From: Octopus vulgaris
Lineage: Eukaryota
Direction of reading: 5' to 3'
DNA: 64,000 bases
NCBI GenBank assembly: GCA_951406725.2
Contig: OX597818.1
Coordinates: forward strand, 25,296,001-25,360,000
A program made the translations under genes and the position numbers. Below are positions 1 to 12,449 of the stretch, piece after piece. Within the stretch, counting starts at the first letter, position 1. Each line of letters opens with the position of its first letter. The notes beneath the pieces are model-generated. The model saw only the letters and a program-made list of their open reading frames with translations, had not been told where the DNA came from and made no database searches.

Positions 1-310
1 AGTGGCGCGCAAATTTTGAGATTGCTGATATTCTTTGAAATGTGGTTAGCAAGTTCTTGTGACCAGCAGAAGTATAGGCAAAATTTATCCGAAGTCTTCA
101 TCTTGTAGGGCAATTTTGCTTCTAAAAAAATTGTCTGAAGGGGAATTTTTCTGGATCTCTTAGGCTAACTGTGGACACATAGCTAATTACATTGTGATTT
201 ATTTTTATTCATATCTGCTTCCTATTTCTTTCACTAAATATATAAGAGGGAGTACATAAGATTATATATGTTTACTTTATGACTATTTAGTTTAAACTAT
301 GCAGTTAAAA

Positions 311-1713
311 TATCGGGTCATTAAGAATGAAATGTCTGATTTTCTTACACACCAATTTTGACAGGTGTTAACTCTAATGTTTGATTCTGATAATTCGTTG
401 TTTTACAATATTGAAGAGTTACATCACTTTTCAAAATGTAACTCATGGTTTCTAATTATATTGTGAGTTTTCTCTTGTAAATCAATTTTTTTAACCCATG
501 GATTGATAAAAAATTTGTGTTTATGATTATGAGTTCCATCATGGAGCCAATGCATCCCGGACAACTTGAAACATCAGTGTGGTGTTTGGTGAAGATGTGG
601 CAAATGAGCACACTGTACATCGATGGTTTGAGAAGTTCGAGTCTGGGGACTTCATTCTTGAAAATCAGCCCCGTGGTAGACCTGAGACCGAGGTGATAAT
701 GGTGAGCTGGAAACTGCAGTGGAAGCGGATACATCTTTATGCATGAGTTAGCAGCAAGGTTTGATGTTTTGATTCCAGCAGAACAAGTGGGTACCACATG
801 AACTGAACAAACATCAGATGACATGTCGTTTTGAAATTTGCAGTGGTAGCAGATACATCTCAAACTATGTGTGAGTTAGCAGCAAGGTTTGATCTTTCGA
901 TTCCAACTGTATTGAACAATTTGAAACAAATCGTCAAGGTAAAGAAGCTGGACAAGTGGGTACCACATGAACTGAACAAGCATCAAATGACATGTCATCT
1001 TGAAATTTGCTGTTCTTTACTGTCATGGCATAAAAGTGAACCATTTTTACATCATATTGTTACGTGTGATTAAAAATGGATTCTTTTCAACAATAGCAAG
1101 CATTCTGCATGGTGGTTGGATAGACGAAGTGCCAAAACACAATCCAAAAAAGAATATTCATCAAAAAAAGCTAATGGTGTCTGTTTTGTGGTCCAGCACT
1201 GGTGTCAGCCACTATTGCTTCATGAGACCTGATAAGTCAATTACAGCAGATGTATACATCAACCAACTGGATGAAATGATGAGTGAACTTGGCAATTAAA
1301 CAACCGAGACTGGTCAATAGAGACAAGCCAATTCTCTTGCAAGACAATGCTCAACCACATGTTGCACAAAGAACGCTACTCAAGTTACAGCAACTGAACT
1401 TGGAAGTACTCTGTTATCCACCATATTCACCACCAGGCATTAGATAACATTTTGCAAGGAAAAAACTTCAAATCTGAAGAAGATATGAAAACAGCCTTTT
1501 GTGATTTCATCACCTCTTGCTCTCCAGAATTCTTCACTACTGGCATAAAAAAAATAACCGATAAAATGGCAAAATTGTGTTGATAATTTTGGTGCATTTA
1601 GCTGCATTGCTTTTTTAGGTGTATATTTTGATTAACTGCATTGCTTTTTGTTGGGGTAAAGTAAAATAAACTTTTAGTTCAAAATCAGACATTTCATTTT
1701 TAATGACATGATA
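311..1713 (+). mobile_element. Defective mariner (Tc1/mariner, Hsmar1/cecropia-like) transposon, copy 1
   Basis: ~32 bp TIRs (tatcgggtcattaagaatgaaatgtctgattt / aaatcagacatttcatttttaatgacatgata). Fragmented transposase with WVPHEL, TCD*KW, HQKKLMVSV, LQDNAQPH, PPYSP and WQNCVD motifs. Has stops, an internal duplication and a deletion. Confidence 0.93.
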
Positions 1714-4098
1714 GTATTACAGTTGTGTTGAGCTTCAATGGCTTGATGAACTTTTCTTCTTTGAAAGTACATCATTAATGATCTTAAAAGTTGATGTATA
1801 CTCTGTAAGCTATGTGACAAACATCTTCAGTAGGAAGCTTATATCTATAAGTAAGATATGGCTTTATTTCATCTTACTGAACTTGCAACTTCATTTCTCT
1901 CTCAAAGTTATCTGTAACAGCTGGCACAAAGATAGCTAGATCATTGTAAGTATCTAAAAGAAACACATCCGTGTCTTTTGTAAATGTATTTTAAAGACAT
2001 ATTTGATATTTTTTGCAGATGAACATTTCTCAAGATTAATGTTAGTCTGATACTTTTCAGTAGTATGTGTTACATAGTACCACATAGTGATTGTTAATGA
2101 AATGGCATCCAACTTGTACTTTAAGCCTACTATCTTGTCTGAGTGTAAAAATTATCTACTTTGTTTCGTTTGACCCATACCAGTAAGAAAAGTGGGCATT
2201 AAAATGATGAAGATGATGTGTGTGTGTAATTTGAAGATGTTGAATCTGTATTGTTATTCCTTTTCTCATAGCATGATATGATATAAGTAGCCTTTCTCTT
2301 TGCTGTTAGGATTACTTTTAGGATGCATCCAGCTTCATCATAAATTTGGGTTTTTTTCTTCATGACTTTCAGCATCTTTTGACACTATAAATTTAAGCTA
2401 TATCTATGCTTTTTATCATAATTTTGTGTTGAAAATATTAAGCATTTTCAAGCAGTTAGCTGCTTTTAAAGAGTTAGATAATAACTTGCAAAAGTCATTT
2501 TTAAATCAATTTTGTTGGATTTCTTACTCTTCTGGGGATGATGTGTTGTTCCAAGTATATTTCTCTTTGTGTGTTCATTATCATTGCCACTTTAAAGATA
2601 TTTTTCTATACTAAAGATATTTTTCTATACTGGCTGGATTTGATGTGCACAGTATTTACTATCTATCATTTTACCCTTGAGGTTTAACCCTGAAATTTTA
2701 ACTTGACTACTTCTTTCCTTTTACTTTCAGTATGTAGCACTCCTCCATTTGCATCTCCTGTCCCTATGAATGTATTTGTCTTTCTTGTATATATTGCTGA
2801 TGCTTGCAATGCCCAAGCACTCTCTCAGTCAAGTTTTACCGTAAATGCATATTCAACAAATCATATTCAACTTCTTTCTCTCTGCTACCATAGATCTTCT
2901 GTATTCAATGCCTATGTCTTATAACTAGGTAGCATCTGTCTCACACATTTCGTACTGTCTACCTAAAGTTCTATCATATTAATCTAGTGATTATATACTA
3001 TAACTATTTCTATCACTAATTAGGTCACCTAGGTAACAAAACTACTACTCATAGTGACTCATTTGAGTAGTTCATGAACTTCTTCTCATGAGTGTTCTCT
3101 TTGCAGATATACCTTTTATATAATATTGAGTACCAAGCTGCTCTGTTTTGATACCTTTGTTAAGGCAATTTCCCAGATGTATAAGTTTAAAAGATTGTAA
3201 AAACACAAAAATGTTTTGACTCCTTAACAATTTGTGTTTAAATTAAATAACTAGCAGACAAGAATTTATCCTATTCCTCCCTCTAATTTTTTCTGTTACT
3301 AAAATGTTTATGATCAATATAGATCATATTCGTGTATTTTTTTTTTCCAACATATTCTTCTGTTTACATTTAATAGTAGTTGGTTTTGTTACACTTGGCA
3401 TCAGTTTTATATAAATAGCTTTTAAGATTGTATATAATGGAATATAACAACAAATAGAAATTCAAGTCATGAGTCAGCTAGTCATCACTGTTTGCTCTCT
3501 AATCTTGATTTTCTGATTACCTCTTTTCAGCTTAATTACTTAATACTACTTATTTAATTCCTATTATTGTATCTTCTCCCTATTAAAGAATGCTGCTCTC
3601 AAATTACTGTTTAGCATTTTTATTGCTCTTTTGTTCTAGCTCTTTATTGTATTTGAAGATTTACTGACTACATTATTTTATAGTGCCACTGAGCAGTCGG
3701 CACATTATACTTTTGATATTGCAAACTAAAATATGAAAATTTTAGTATGAATTGTCTGATGTGATATGGGGAAAATCTGACTTTGTTGTTAGTATTATGT
3801 TACATACATGTGATTTGGGAAAGTTTTAGATTGAAAAGTTTGAGAGATTGAGTAGATGATTGTAAGAACCCATTTGGAAAGCTATGGATTTGGAAAATCT
3901 TGTTAAAGGTTGTATGGGCCTGGTATCTTAATACATGGTATTCTTGATATTTGTTAATCATAATTTTGTGTTGCTTTTGAGGAATGCCTAAAATACTTTT
4001 TTTATGAGTAGGTTCCTGAAATAAAGCTATGTTGATTAGCCATTTACTGTGATTGGCATTGTACACTACTGTTAAGGATTAATAAATGCATGTAGCTG

Positions 4099-4099
<1 letters not shown>

Positions 4100-4142
<43 letters not shown>

Positions 4143-4150
4143 GCACACAC
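4100..4150. repeat. (TA)n/(CA)n microsatellite
   Basis: Direct reading. Confidence 0.95.
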
Positions 4151-4157
4151 ATATAAT

Positions 4158-6185
4158 AATCATTTAACATCTGTTTTCCATGCTGACATGGGTTGGATGG
4201 TCCAACAGGAACTCTACTTTGGAATGGCTTGTATAGCTGGATGCCCTTCCTAATGTCAGTCACTTCACAGAAAGTACTGAGTGCTTTGTGTGTATCACTG
4301 CAGCAGTGAGATCACCTAGTAACTGAGATGGGGAGTAATATTAAAGGAGATAGAGATGGTGAAGATATGGCGGAGTAGGCAGGGGATATTCACTGAAGTT
4401 ACATGAAGGTGTATATTGTGAAGTGGACCAGGGATTATAGAAGGTGAGTAGGGAGGGTGAGATTGTGAAAGGATAGTGGTAGATGGAGCAGGATTTGTAC
4501 TGAGTAGGCACAGGTAGAGGAAGTGGGTATTAGGAATATATGCTGTGGAGAAGAGATTTGCTGGGAATGTATTGGGTGCAGGTAGATACATTAGGGAGAG
4601 TGGAAGGGAATGCAGTGGGTTGTGGGGGTGGGGCATGGACGTAAAGGACATGCTATAATGCCTAAGTTTTATTTTGCTGGCATATCACCAATTATCTTGG
4701 TCCTTTGTTATCTCATCTGTGAGCTTAAACACCTGGAGGTCATTTCTCACCACTTTATCCTACATCCTCCTGAGTCTTCCACTTCCAGAAGTCCCCTCCA
4801 CATTTAGAGATTGGCACTTCTTTATGCAGCTGTCATTGTCCATACACATTACACAACCATTCCAGTACAGTCTTCTCTCTTGCAGACTACATCTGATGCC
4901 TCTTATACCCAATTTTTCTCTTAAAACATTTACACTTTATCATACATGCACACTTACATTGAACATCTAGTGAGCATGCTGGCTACATTTCTTTCAAGTC
5001 TTCACATATCTTCTTTAGTCACAACCCATGTTTCACTATCATGTAGCACAGCTATCTGTACATGGGCATCATACAATCTGCCTTTCACTCTGAGGGAGAG
5101 GCCCTTTGTTACAAATAAAGGCAATAGCTCTCTGCAGTTTGCCCAACCTGTTCTTATTTTAGCAACTACTCTCTCAGAGCCTCCTCCTCCACTGGTAACT
5201 TCTTGGTCGCCTAGGTAACTGAAGCTATTTACTACTTCTAAGGATGCCCCCCCCCCCCCAGCATTTGAGGAAGTCTATTCTCTGTACATTGTTAGTGTTT
5301 GTTACACCTGCCACACACAGACTACTTTCTCTATTAACCTTCCCATGATACCGCTGCACCTCTTATGTGTCCTTAGCTTGTACTGGATACACCATATGAA
5401 ATTTCTACTTACGCCTTTTCTACTTGCCAAGCAAGGCCATTTCCCTGAAGGGATTAGTAATTTATCTGCTTTTCTGCTTATTAGTATTTTGGTCTTTGCT
5501 AAGTTGACTCTAAGGTTCTTTGATTCCAGTGCTTGCTTCCACACTTGAAATTTCTTCTAATTCTCGTAGAGATTCAGTGGTATAGAGGAGCTCCAAGGGC
5601 ATCCAGTCTTAAATTCTGTTGTTATAGAACTGATTCTTGGTGAACTATCTGCACACTGAATTCATTGCCATACTCATTGCTGATGTTCACCTTATTGACA
5701 GCATCCCTGAACATGGCTTGGATGACTCTCACCAACCACTCATCTATCCCTAGCTTCCACATTAACCACCAAAGGCTTTCTCCAGTTTAACAAATGCCAA
5801 GTACAGTGGTTTATTTTTCACCAAATGCTTCTCCTGCAGTTGCCTTACTAGGAAGATACCATCAGTAATGCTTCTCCCTGGCACAGAACCAAACTATATT
5901 CCATCTAGTTTAATTCTCTTCCTAATTATTGGAGCTATGACCCCTTTCTGTAACTTTCATGACCTTGTCCAGTAATTTGATACCTCTGTAATTCTGCTTA
6001 AGGCATCACCTTTCATGTTGTAGCAGTTAACTATGACTGCTGCACCAGTCATTGGGTATGACTCCTTCCTGGACAACTGGATCAACTATGCAGGTGACTA
6101 GGCCACATCCCACTATGCCAGCTATTTTAAGCATCTTAATGGTAATTCCTGATGGGCCAGGGGCTTTCCCTGTTTTCAATCCTAC
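4158..6185 (-). mobile_element. 5'-truncated, degraded RTE-clade LINE (RT, Cys-rich insert, C-terminus, long 3' UTR and tail)
   Basis: Minus-strand translation gives KTGKAPGPSGIT..MLK, NYRGIKLL, FLVRQLQEK..KNKPLYLAF, WKQALESKNLRVNLAKTKIL and SGKWPC..RKGV..HKRCSG. The 3' tail (aacccatg..agcatggaaaacagatgttaaatga) is at 4158-4290. Confidence 0.85.
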
Positions 6186-6569
6186 CTGTTTTGCTTCTAA
6201 GTTATCAGCAAATTCTCAAATATACAATGCACACACACGCATTCTGTCCCCAACTTCTCTCTGTCTTTCTTTCCCTCTCAACTATCTTCATTGCATTTCT
6301 CTTTACTATCTTCTTCACTGCAATATTCAAACAGTTATCAAGTGAGAAAACTTCTCTGGTGATGTCAGTCCAAACTTTACAATATTTCCCTCTCTCTGAG
6401 AATCTACTCCAATCCAGGGAAATACTGGTTGTATTTCATCCTCTATAAAGGTAATCTTTCTGACTTCACCAATTTAATAATTTACTATCCATCATGGAAA
6501 TAACCATAAATAATAGCCATCTTTGGGTTTCTTTCTTTTCTCAACCAAATATATAAAACACCAGATATC

Positions 6570-7000
6570 TCTTGTTATTGGAAATTTCAGCAAAAGTAAT
6601 ATTGTTGCCCTTGACATTCATTCATAAACTTGCTGATCTATGGGTTCTTTTTGTCTGTTCTTTTGAGCAGGGATGTTGTCTAACTACTCTATTGCAACAT
6701 GCATTGAAGCAGTTTTCTCCAACCTACATTCTATAACTCTAGAGTACCTCAGGAGTAGATGGTCTCTCTCACTGTTCTGTACATTAACAAACTTTTTGCT
6801 TTAACCACACTCTCCTGTGCAAACAATGCCATCTATCATTCCTTAGTTTTCTGTGCATTGAATTTAAAGTTTCACAAACTGTACAAATGTTAGGCCTTAC
6901 AATATCTGACTTCTCATGGCAACATCAGTAACAAAGACAAACCTGCATCTCAAAAACTCTCTCTTCAGGGCCAGATTACTTCAGTAACATCAGATGATCC
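6570..7000 (+). mobile_element. Ancient non-LTR retrotransposon RT remnant (CR1/Jockey-like)
   Basis: Degenerate motifs in the expected order across frames: ..IVALDI, HKL..YG, SRVPQ (GVPQG), LF..YIN, ANNA (ADD). Confidence 0.45.
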
Positions 7001-9110
7001 CTTTCAAAGTGTATGTGAAGGATCATCAGCATGTACTACTTACATATGTGATTGTATTATTGATTCTGACACACGAACATTCTAGACTATAAATGTCAAA
7101 CACCTGATTCAATTTTATAGCAATAAAACATTTTTTAATTTTCAAATTTTCTGTAAAATATACATCACTACTATGTATTTAAGTGTTGGAATATGACCAG
7201 AATTTCATTTAATACCTGTTTGATGACTCAAATTGGTACACCTCAGGGAATCTTTTTGAACATCAGCTGATGGGAAAGAAGCTTATGAAACCCAAAACTA
7301 AAGGATGCAAGCTATTTCCACTTTGTTTTTAAATGCTGAACCAGAGAGAATTCCCCCTGGTCTCAAATTTAGATGTGTTTGTCTGAATGAATTCTAGTGA
7401 TGTGCAGTTTTGAAAAGTTTTGCAGCTGAAACAGTGCACACTTTCTATCAAGCATTGATCTTAAGAACTGTTTGCATTTATTCTATTTCTGTTCTCACTC
7501 TGAGGTTGCTCACTTAATAAGACTGTATATATAAATATGGATTAATTTTTCTCACACATCTCTGCATACAAACATTGCTAATGCATATGCTTTTCTTATA
7601 TTGTTTAAAAAAAGTTATAATGTATTCTTGTCCAGTTATTTTGACCTATATTATGAATGTGGATTCTTTAAGAAATAATTATCTTATCTGGTCTGGTAGA
7701 TCTTGTTTATGCATCAATCCAGCCCACAATATCTAGTTTGTTTCAATATAACCCACAAAACCAAATGAATTTGACATCCCTACCCTAGATCATATATAAA
7801 AATAAAAAAAATAAGAGCAATTCATTTACACACCAGTCCAGAGACATACTGTTTCTTCTACCACTACTATAATGGATTTGCTCTTCTTAACTAGCAAGCT
7901 ATATACCATTTCTGCCCAAGTTCAGCCACTGTACCCAACTTTTCCCTTTTAACATTACAATGCTACTTTTTAGAACCTTTACCAATTCATTTAAGTCAAA
8001 CATTATATTGATACCAGCTAAAGTGACAATTCATTTATGATAATTGTTGCACTATTGTCAAGAAATCTCATTTGTGTTGGCTTAATGATTGGTATACAAA
8101 TTTAGAGTTTTGGGCTCAAATCCTCTCAGATCTGAAGGAAGCAAAAAATGTATCTGTCAAGAAATTCTTCATTCAGCTGCAGAGTTCCCAAAGGTCAATA
8201 TCAACTCTATATATGATGTACCATACCATTCAAGCACTTGATCCTGCAAATTCTGCAATTTTGAAGTTAAATAAGTAACCTCAAATGGTTTAGCTCACAA
8301 ACAGTTACTCTCTGAAACAAATTTATGTAAAAGCTGTAATAAAGATCATTTTGATCTGATCCTTGTCTACTCAAACAGTTGTAGTCACCAAATGTGGCTT
8401 CTACTACTGTTGTCTACATATGATGTCTTAATTTTTTTTTTTTTTACAAAAAGTTTCCAAAACAGGAGAGTCAAAAAGTTACCTTTTGATGAATTAAAAA
8501 TTGCTTAATAATATGTGAATAAATTCCTTTGTTTTTCTGTAAACAAATTTATATTATAATGATTATACACTGAGCTGCTGTGGTCATTTTGGTTAATGTG
8601 TGCCACAAAAATACCTCAGTATTCAAATATGTTTAAAACTACTGATTGATGTCCAGATCTTTGAAAATATTTTGGCTTTAAATTTGCTGAAAAAGCTTAT
8701 GGAAATTTGATAGAAGTAAAGAAAGAAAGAAATGAATTGGATGCTGTTTTATGTTTTACAACCTAAGACTGAATACTGCTTTTACAGTATTTAAAAAACA
8801 AAAACATTCTTTTTCCGATCTTCTCTATGTGCATGACCCTATAACTTGAGTGCATTTTAAACTTGTCTTGTGGCTTACATCACTTTCTAAATTAGATCTG
8901 CTTCCATTATCATCTGTTATCTTCAAAGGTTCTAAAAATATGTTAAGTGCATTTGTTTGGGGAAGACAATGCAGATGAAAATTTTGAACAGCTATGGTTA
9001 TTGTAGAAGAAGTTGAGAAAGTATTCCCAATGGTTTGCCAAGGACCAATTCTTTGGTTTAAGATTACATTCTCTTAGGATTATTCTTTAAAGGAATGAAT
9101 TTTCAATATT

Positions 9111-9319
9111 CTTTTATTTGTTTCAGTCATTTGACTGTCACCATGCTGGAGCACCGCCTTTAGTCGAATGAATCGACCCCAGGACTTTTTCTTTGTAAGC
9201 CTAGTACTTATTCTATCGGTCTCTTTTGCTGAACTGCTAAGCTACGGGGTCATAAACACACCGGCATCGGTTGTCAAGCGATGTTGGGGGCACAAACACA
9301 GATACACAAAGATACATAC

Positions 9320-9387
<68 letters not shown>

Positions 9388-9419
9388 GACAGGCTTCTTT
9401 CATTTTCTGTCTACCAAAA
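9111..9419 (-). mobile_element. SINE family A (partial) with internal (TA)n/(CA)n
   Basis: Reverse complement matches the 3' two-thirds of the SINE at 17190-17668 (ggcggtgctccagcatgg..acagtc..tgactgaaac tail). Confidence 0.85.
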
Positions 9420-9893
9420 GTCATTTCAGTTTTGGACTATTCAAGATAAGACTTGGATCCTGATTTTGTAGCTGTAAGGCTCTGAAATACTTTTGAGTTC
9501 TGAAAAGACCTGAATTTCACTTATGATGGACATATGAGCACTTTAGCCAAAATATGTAAAAATTATATTCTCAGTACTTCCTATACTTAGGTTTGAAATA
9601 GTTGCAACATTTATCAATTCTGTTAGTGCAGTAAAAGCATTGGTTTGCTGTCTTGATAATTTTGAATTATGTAGGATAAATTTCTCAAATGGAATTACAT
9701 TTTATTTCTTCATCAGGTTTCTTGAAAATTTTGATACAAAAAAAAAAAAAAGGTGGGGAGAAGAAAAAAAATAAAAACAGGCTAATTCCAATCCTAACAT
9801 TCTTTTTATATTTATATTTTGAAAATTATTTTTTTTATAAATATTAATGACTTAAGAAGCAAGACTTAAATTATTTCATTTTTAAATAATCCT

Positions 9894-9987
9894 CTAATGC
9901 TTCTTTTTTTTTTCTTCTTCTTTTAACTATAGGTAAGTTAAGATTGATGGGTATGATTAACTTTGAGTTACATTTCAAGCAGTAAGT
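9894..9987 (+). other. Candidate recursive splice site (ratchet point) with a 49-nt RS-exon, or a small 5' UTR exon
   Basis: CTAAT branch point 9894-9898, pyrimidine tract 9900-9924, TAG|GTAAGT at 9930-9938 and a second GTAAGT donor at 9982-9987. Confidence 0.65.
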
Positions 9988-10092
9988 ACATTTGAAACAT
10001 TTTAATGTATTTTTTTTTTAAATATAAATTTTGCCAGTTCTGTGAGGGTTTCAAATTAATTATTAGGTTGTCTGTGTAATTGTGTTGACATA

Positions 10093-10297
10093 TGAGAGGG
10101 TGCTGAAAAGTTCCTGGCTTTGGGTAAAAGAAAATACAGGAGAATCAGTTAGTTATTCAACATATTTCTCTCTGATTCACACACTTATTGCAGCAGTCCT
10201 TCAGTTTTTTTCAGCCCTGTAAAAGAACTCAGAAGGTTGGGCCTCCAACCAGGCCTTTTGCAATACCCTTAAAGCCAGTAACTTTTCAGCATCCCCA
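10093..10297. mobile_element. Mariner-derived MITE (~205 bp)
   Basis: TIRs gagagggtgctgaaaagttcctggcttt / aaagccagtaacttttcagcatcccca flanked by TA. The minus strand retains the mariner C-terminus CNKCVNQREKYVE*. Confidence 0.85.
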
Positions 10298-12271
10298 TAT
10301 ATATCCACTGTTTTAGAGTTTTACTCAGTTTTGAAAATAGGTCTTTTCCAAAGTTAGTCACTTTTTTAAACTGTAAAGAAATAAAATGTCTTCTTGGTGT
10401 GAGGTTTGTCAGTGTTTGACTCTACACCAACTTTCTAATTAAATAATTTGGCACAAGCAAAATGTGTTTTCATTGTTATAATTTCAATGGATTATGAAGG
10501 AATGAATGACTCACACAAGATTGTTGCACCTTTGCAAGTTTCACTTAAATGCAGTTGATGAGTTACTTGAAATAAGTCATGTAAAAATTTCGAGTAAATC
10601 AATATAATAATTTCTTCGTGATTTTCTTGTGTGGAAGATTAAATTGATCTTATATATTAACTATTACTTATTTTGACCTAGATTAATGAAACATTCTGCT
10701 TAATTCAATAAATTATTCAGTTTCGTTTCTTTTTTCCACGTCAGAATTGCATCGATATGACTATTTTTAAACAGATCCTTTTTCAAAAGAATTATATTGT
10801 TTTAAAGTTATATGTAATTAAAGAATAGCTTTTAATAATTGTTCCATATTTTCTTGATTAGGGTTGTTGAGATAGTGTAAATATTGAAAATTTCATAACT
10901 AAAAGAAGAAATGTGTAGATGAAATTTTGATGTCATTTTGAAATAGGTGTCAATAATATTTCTTTTTATGAACATATCAAGTAAGATAATTATTAAAATA
11001 GCATTTTCTCTAAATTGATAGACAAATGAAAAACAAAATAATTTAGAGAATTAATCAACGAAATGTGAAAGGTTTGAAAACTGGCAATGGCTTTAAGTAT
11101 GGGAATCCAAATTATAATTTAAGAGGTTTACTCAGAAAACAGATATGCCATTTTAAAGAACTAAGTAAATTCATGTGATTGTGCAAAATAAGCATTATAT
11201 TGGATATAAATTATACTGATTTTGGAAACATGAAGTAGAATGTCAATTGTTAATTAATTTATTAGTTCTAAAGGACATTTTAACATGCATACAGTCTTTT
11301 GCAATTTATTAACTGATGATGATGATGATGATCTTCAACTCATGCGTATTTGCTGTCATTGTTTTTAATACTACTGAAGGCCGAAGAATGGAGCAGTAAA
11401 GGATACTGATATGCCAATTTGAATTCAAATACCCTGCCTTCCTTACATTAATTAAAGTTGATAGAATATAGGTTGCAAATCTACAGGGATTGACCCAGTA
11501 AATTGTACACAACTTAGAAATGAGTGGCTTTATACCAATTTAGGAAATTATTTTCAATACTACTTCTAAATGAGTTATATGCAGTGCCTATGTATATCTG
11601 CATGTGTACACACTCTAATTTTATAATCTTCCAAAAATATCTCATGTGGGAAAAAAAATACCCAATTATAAAACTAAAGTACTTGACTTCAAAATGAATG
11701 GCCACCTACCTGCTCAGGTGAGGAGCATTATTTGTTGCTGCAACCTTCATAGACCTTGTCACTAAATGTACACTCATTCCCAAGCATTCAAACATTTACT
11801 GATGCTTTGAACACTGCTACTTGCTACACTCTCCAGCTAAGTCAAAAACAGCAACAACATCAATAAACTAATTATCCTCAAGTACTGTACAAGGATGGAC
11901 ACCATCTTGCTTCCTTGTGTCTGCATATACCTTAGGTATATGCAAACACAAGACAATGGATAAAAAGCAACATATTTAGATTATGTGACACTGTATTCCA
12001 TACAATAAAACAGTGAATGTTGGAATGCACAAATTGATTTAAGTGAGATCATAGTATATGATCTTTGGTTAACAATAAGACTACTCATTCACAGGTAGCA
12101 TGGAATTATCTGATTTCTAGAGGGTCTTTTTCACAATTTATAACTATGCTTTTTTTCCCTTTCAAATCTAGTGTTGGTTTTGATGAATTTAATTTCTTTT
12201 CTTATATGTTACAAGGAAGTAAGATTTGGAGTGATCCTTATTTGTGGGACACTTGGTATTTGTTTTACAGA

Positions 12272-12449
12272 ATTGGCACATAAAAGCACCCATTACACTC
12301 TCAGAGTGATTGGCATTTGGAAGGGCATCAAGCTGTAGAAAATCATGCCAAATCAGACTGGATCCTGGTACAGCATTCCAGTGTGCCAGCCCAGTCAAAC
12401 CAGTCAACCCATGCCAGTATAGACAACAGGCATTAAATGATGATGATGA
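12272..12449 (+). mobile_element. SINE family B 3' part (RTE-like tail ending in (GAT)n)
   Basis: Contains gagtg.ttggcatt.ggaagggcatc.agctgtagaaa and aacccatgccag..ttaaatgatgatg. Matches copies at 15298, 21030 and 35128. Confidence 0.8.

Noticed and set aside
2593-2630. 19-bp tandem duplication (similar short duplications at ~34926-34985 and ~44455-44512)
   Set aside because: Ordinary slippage duplications.
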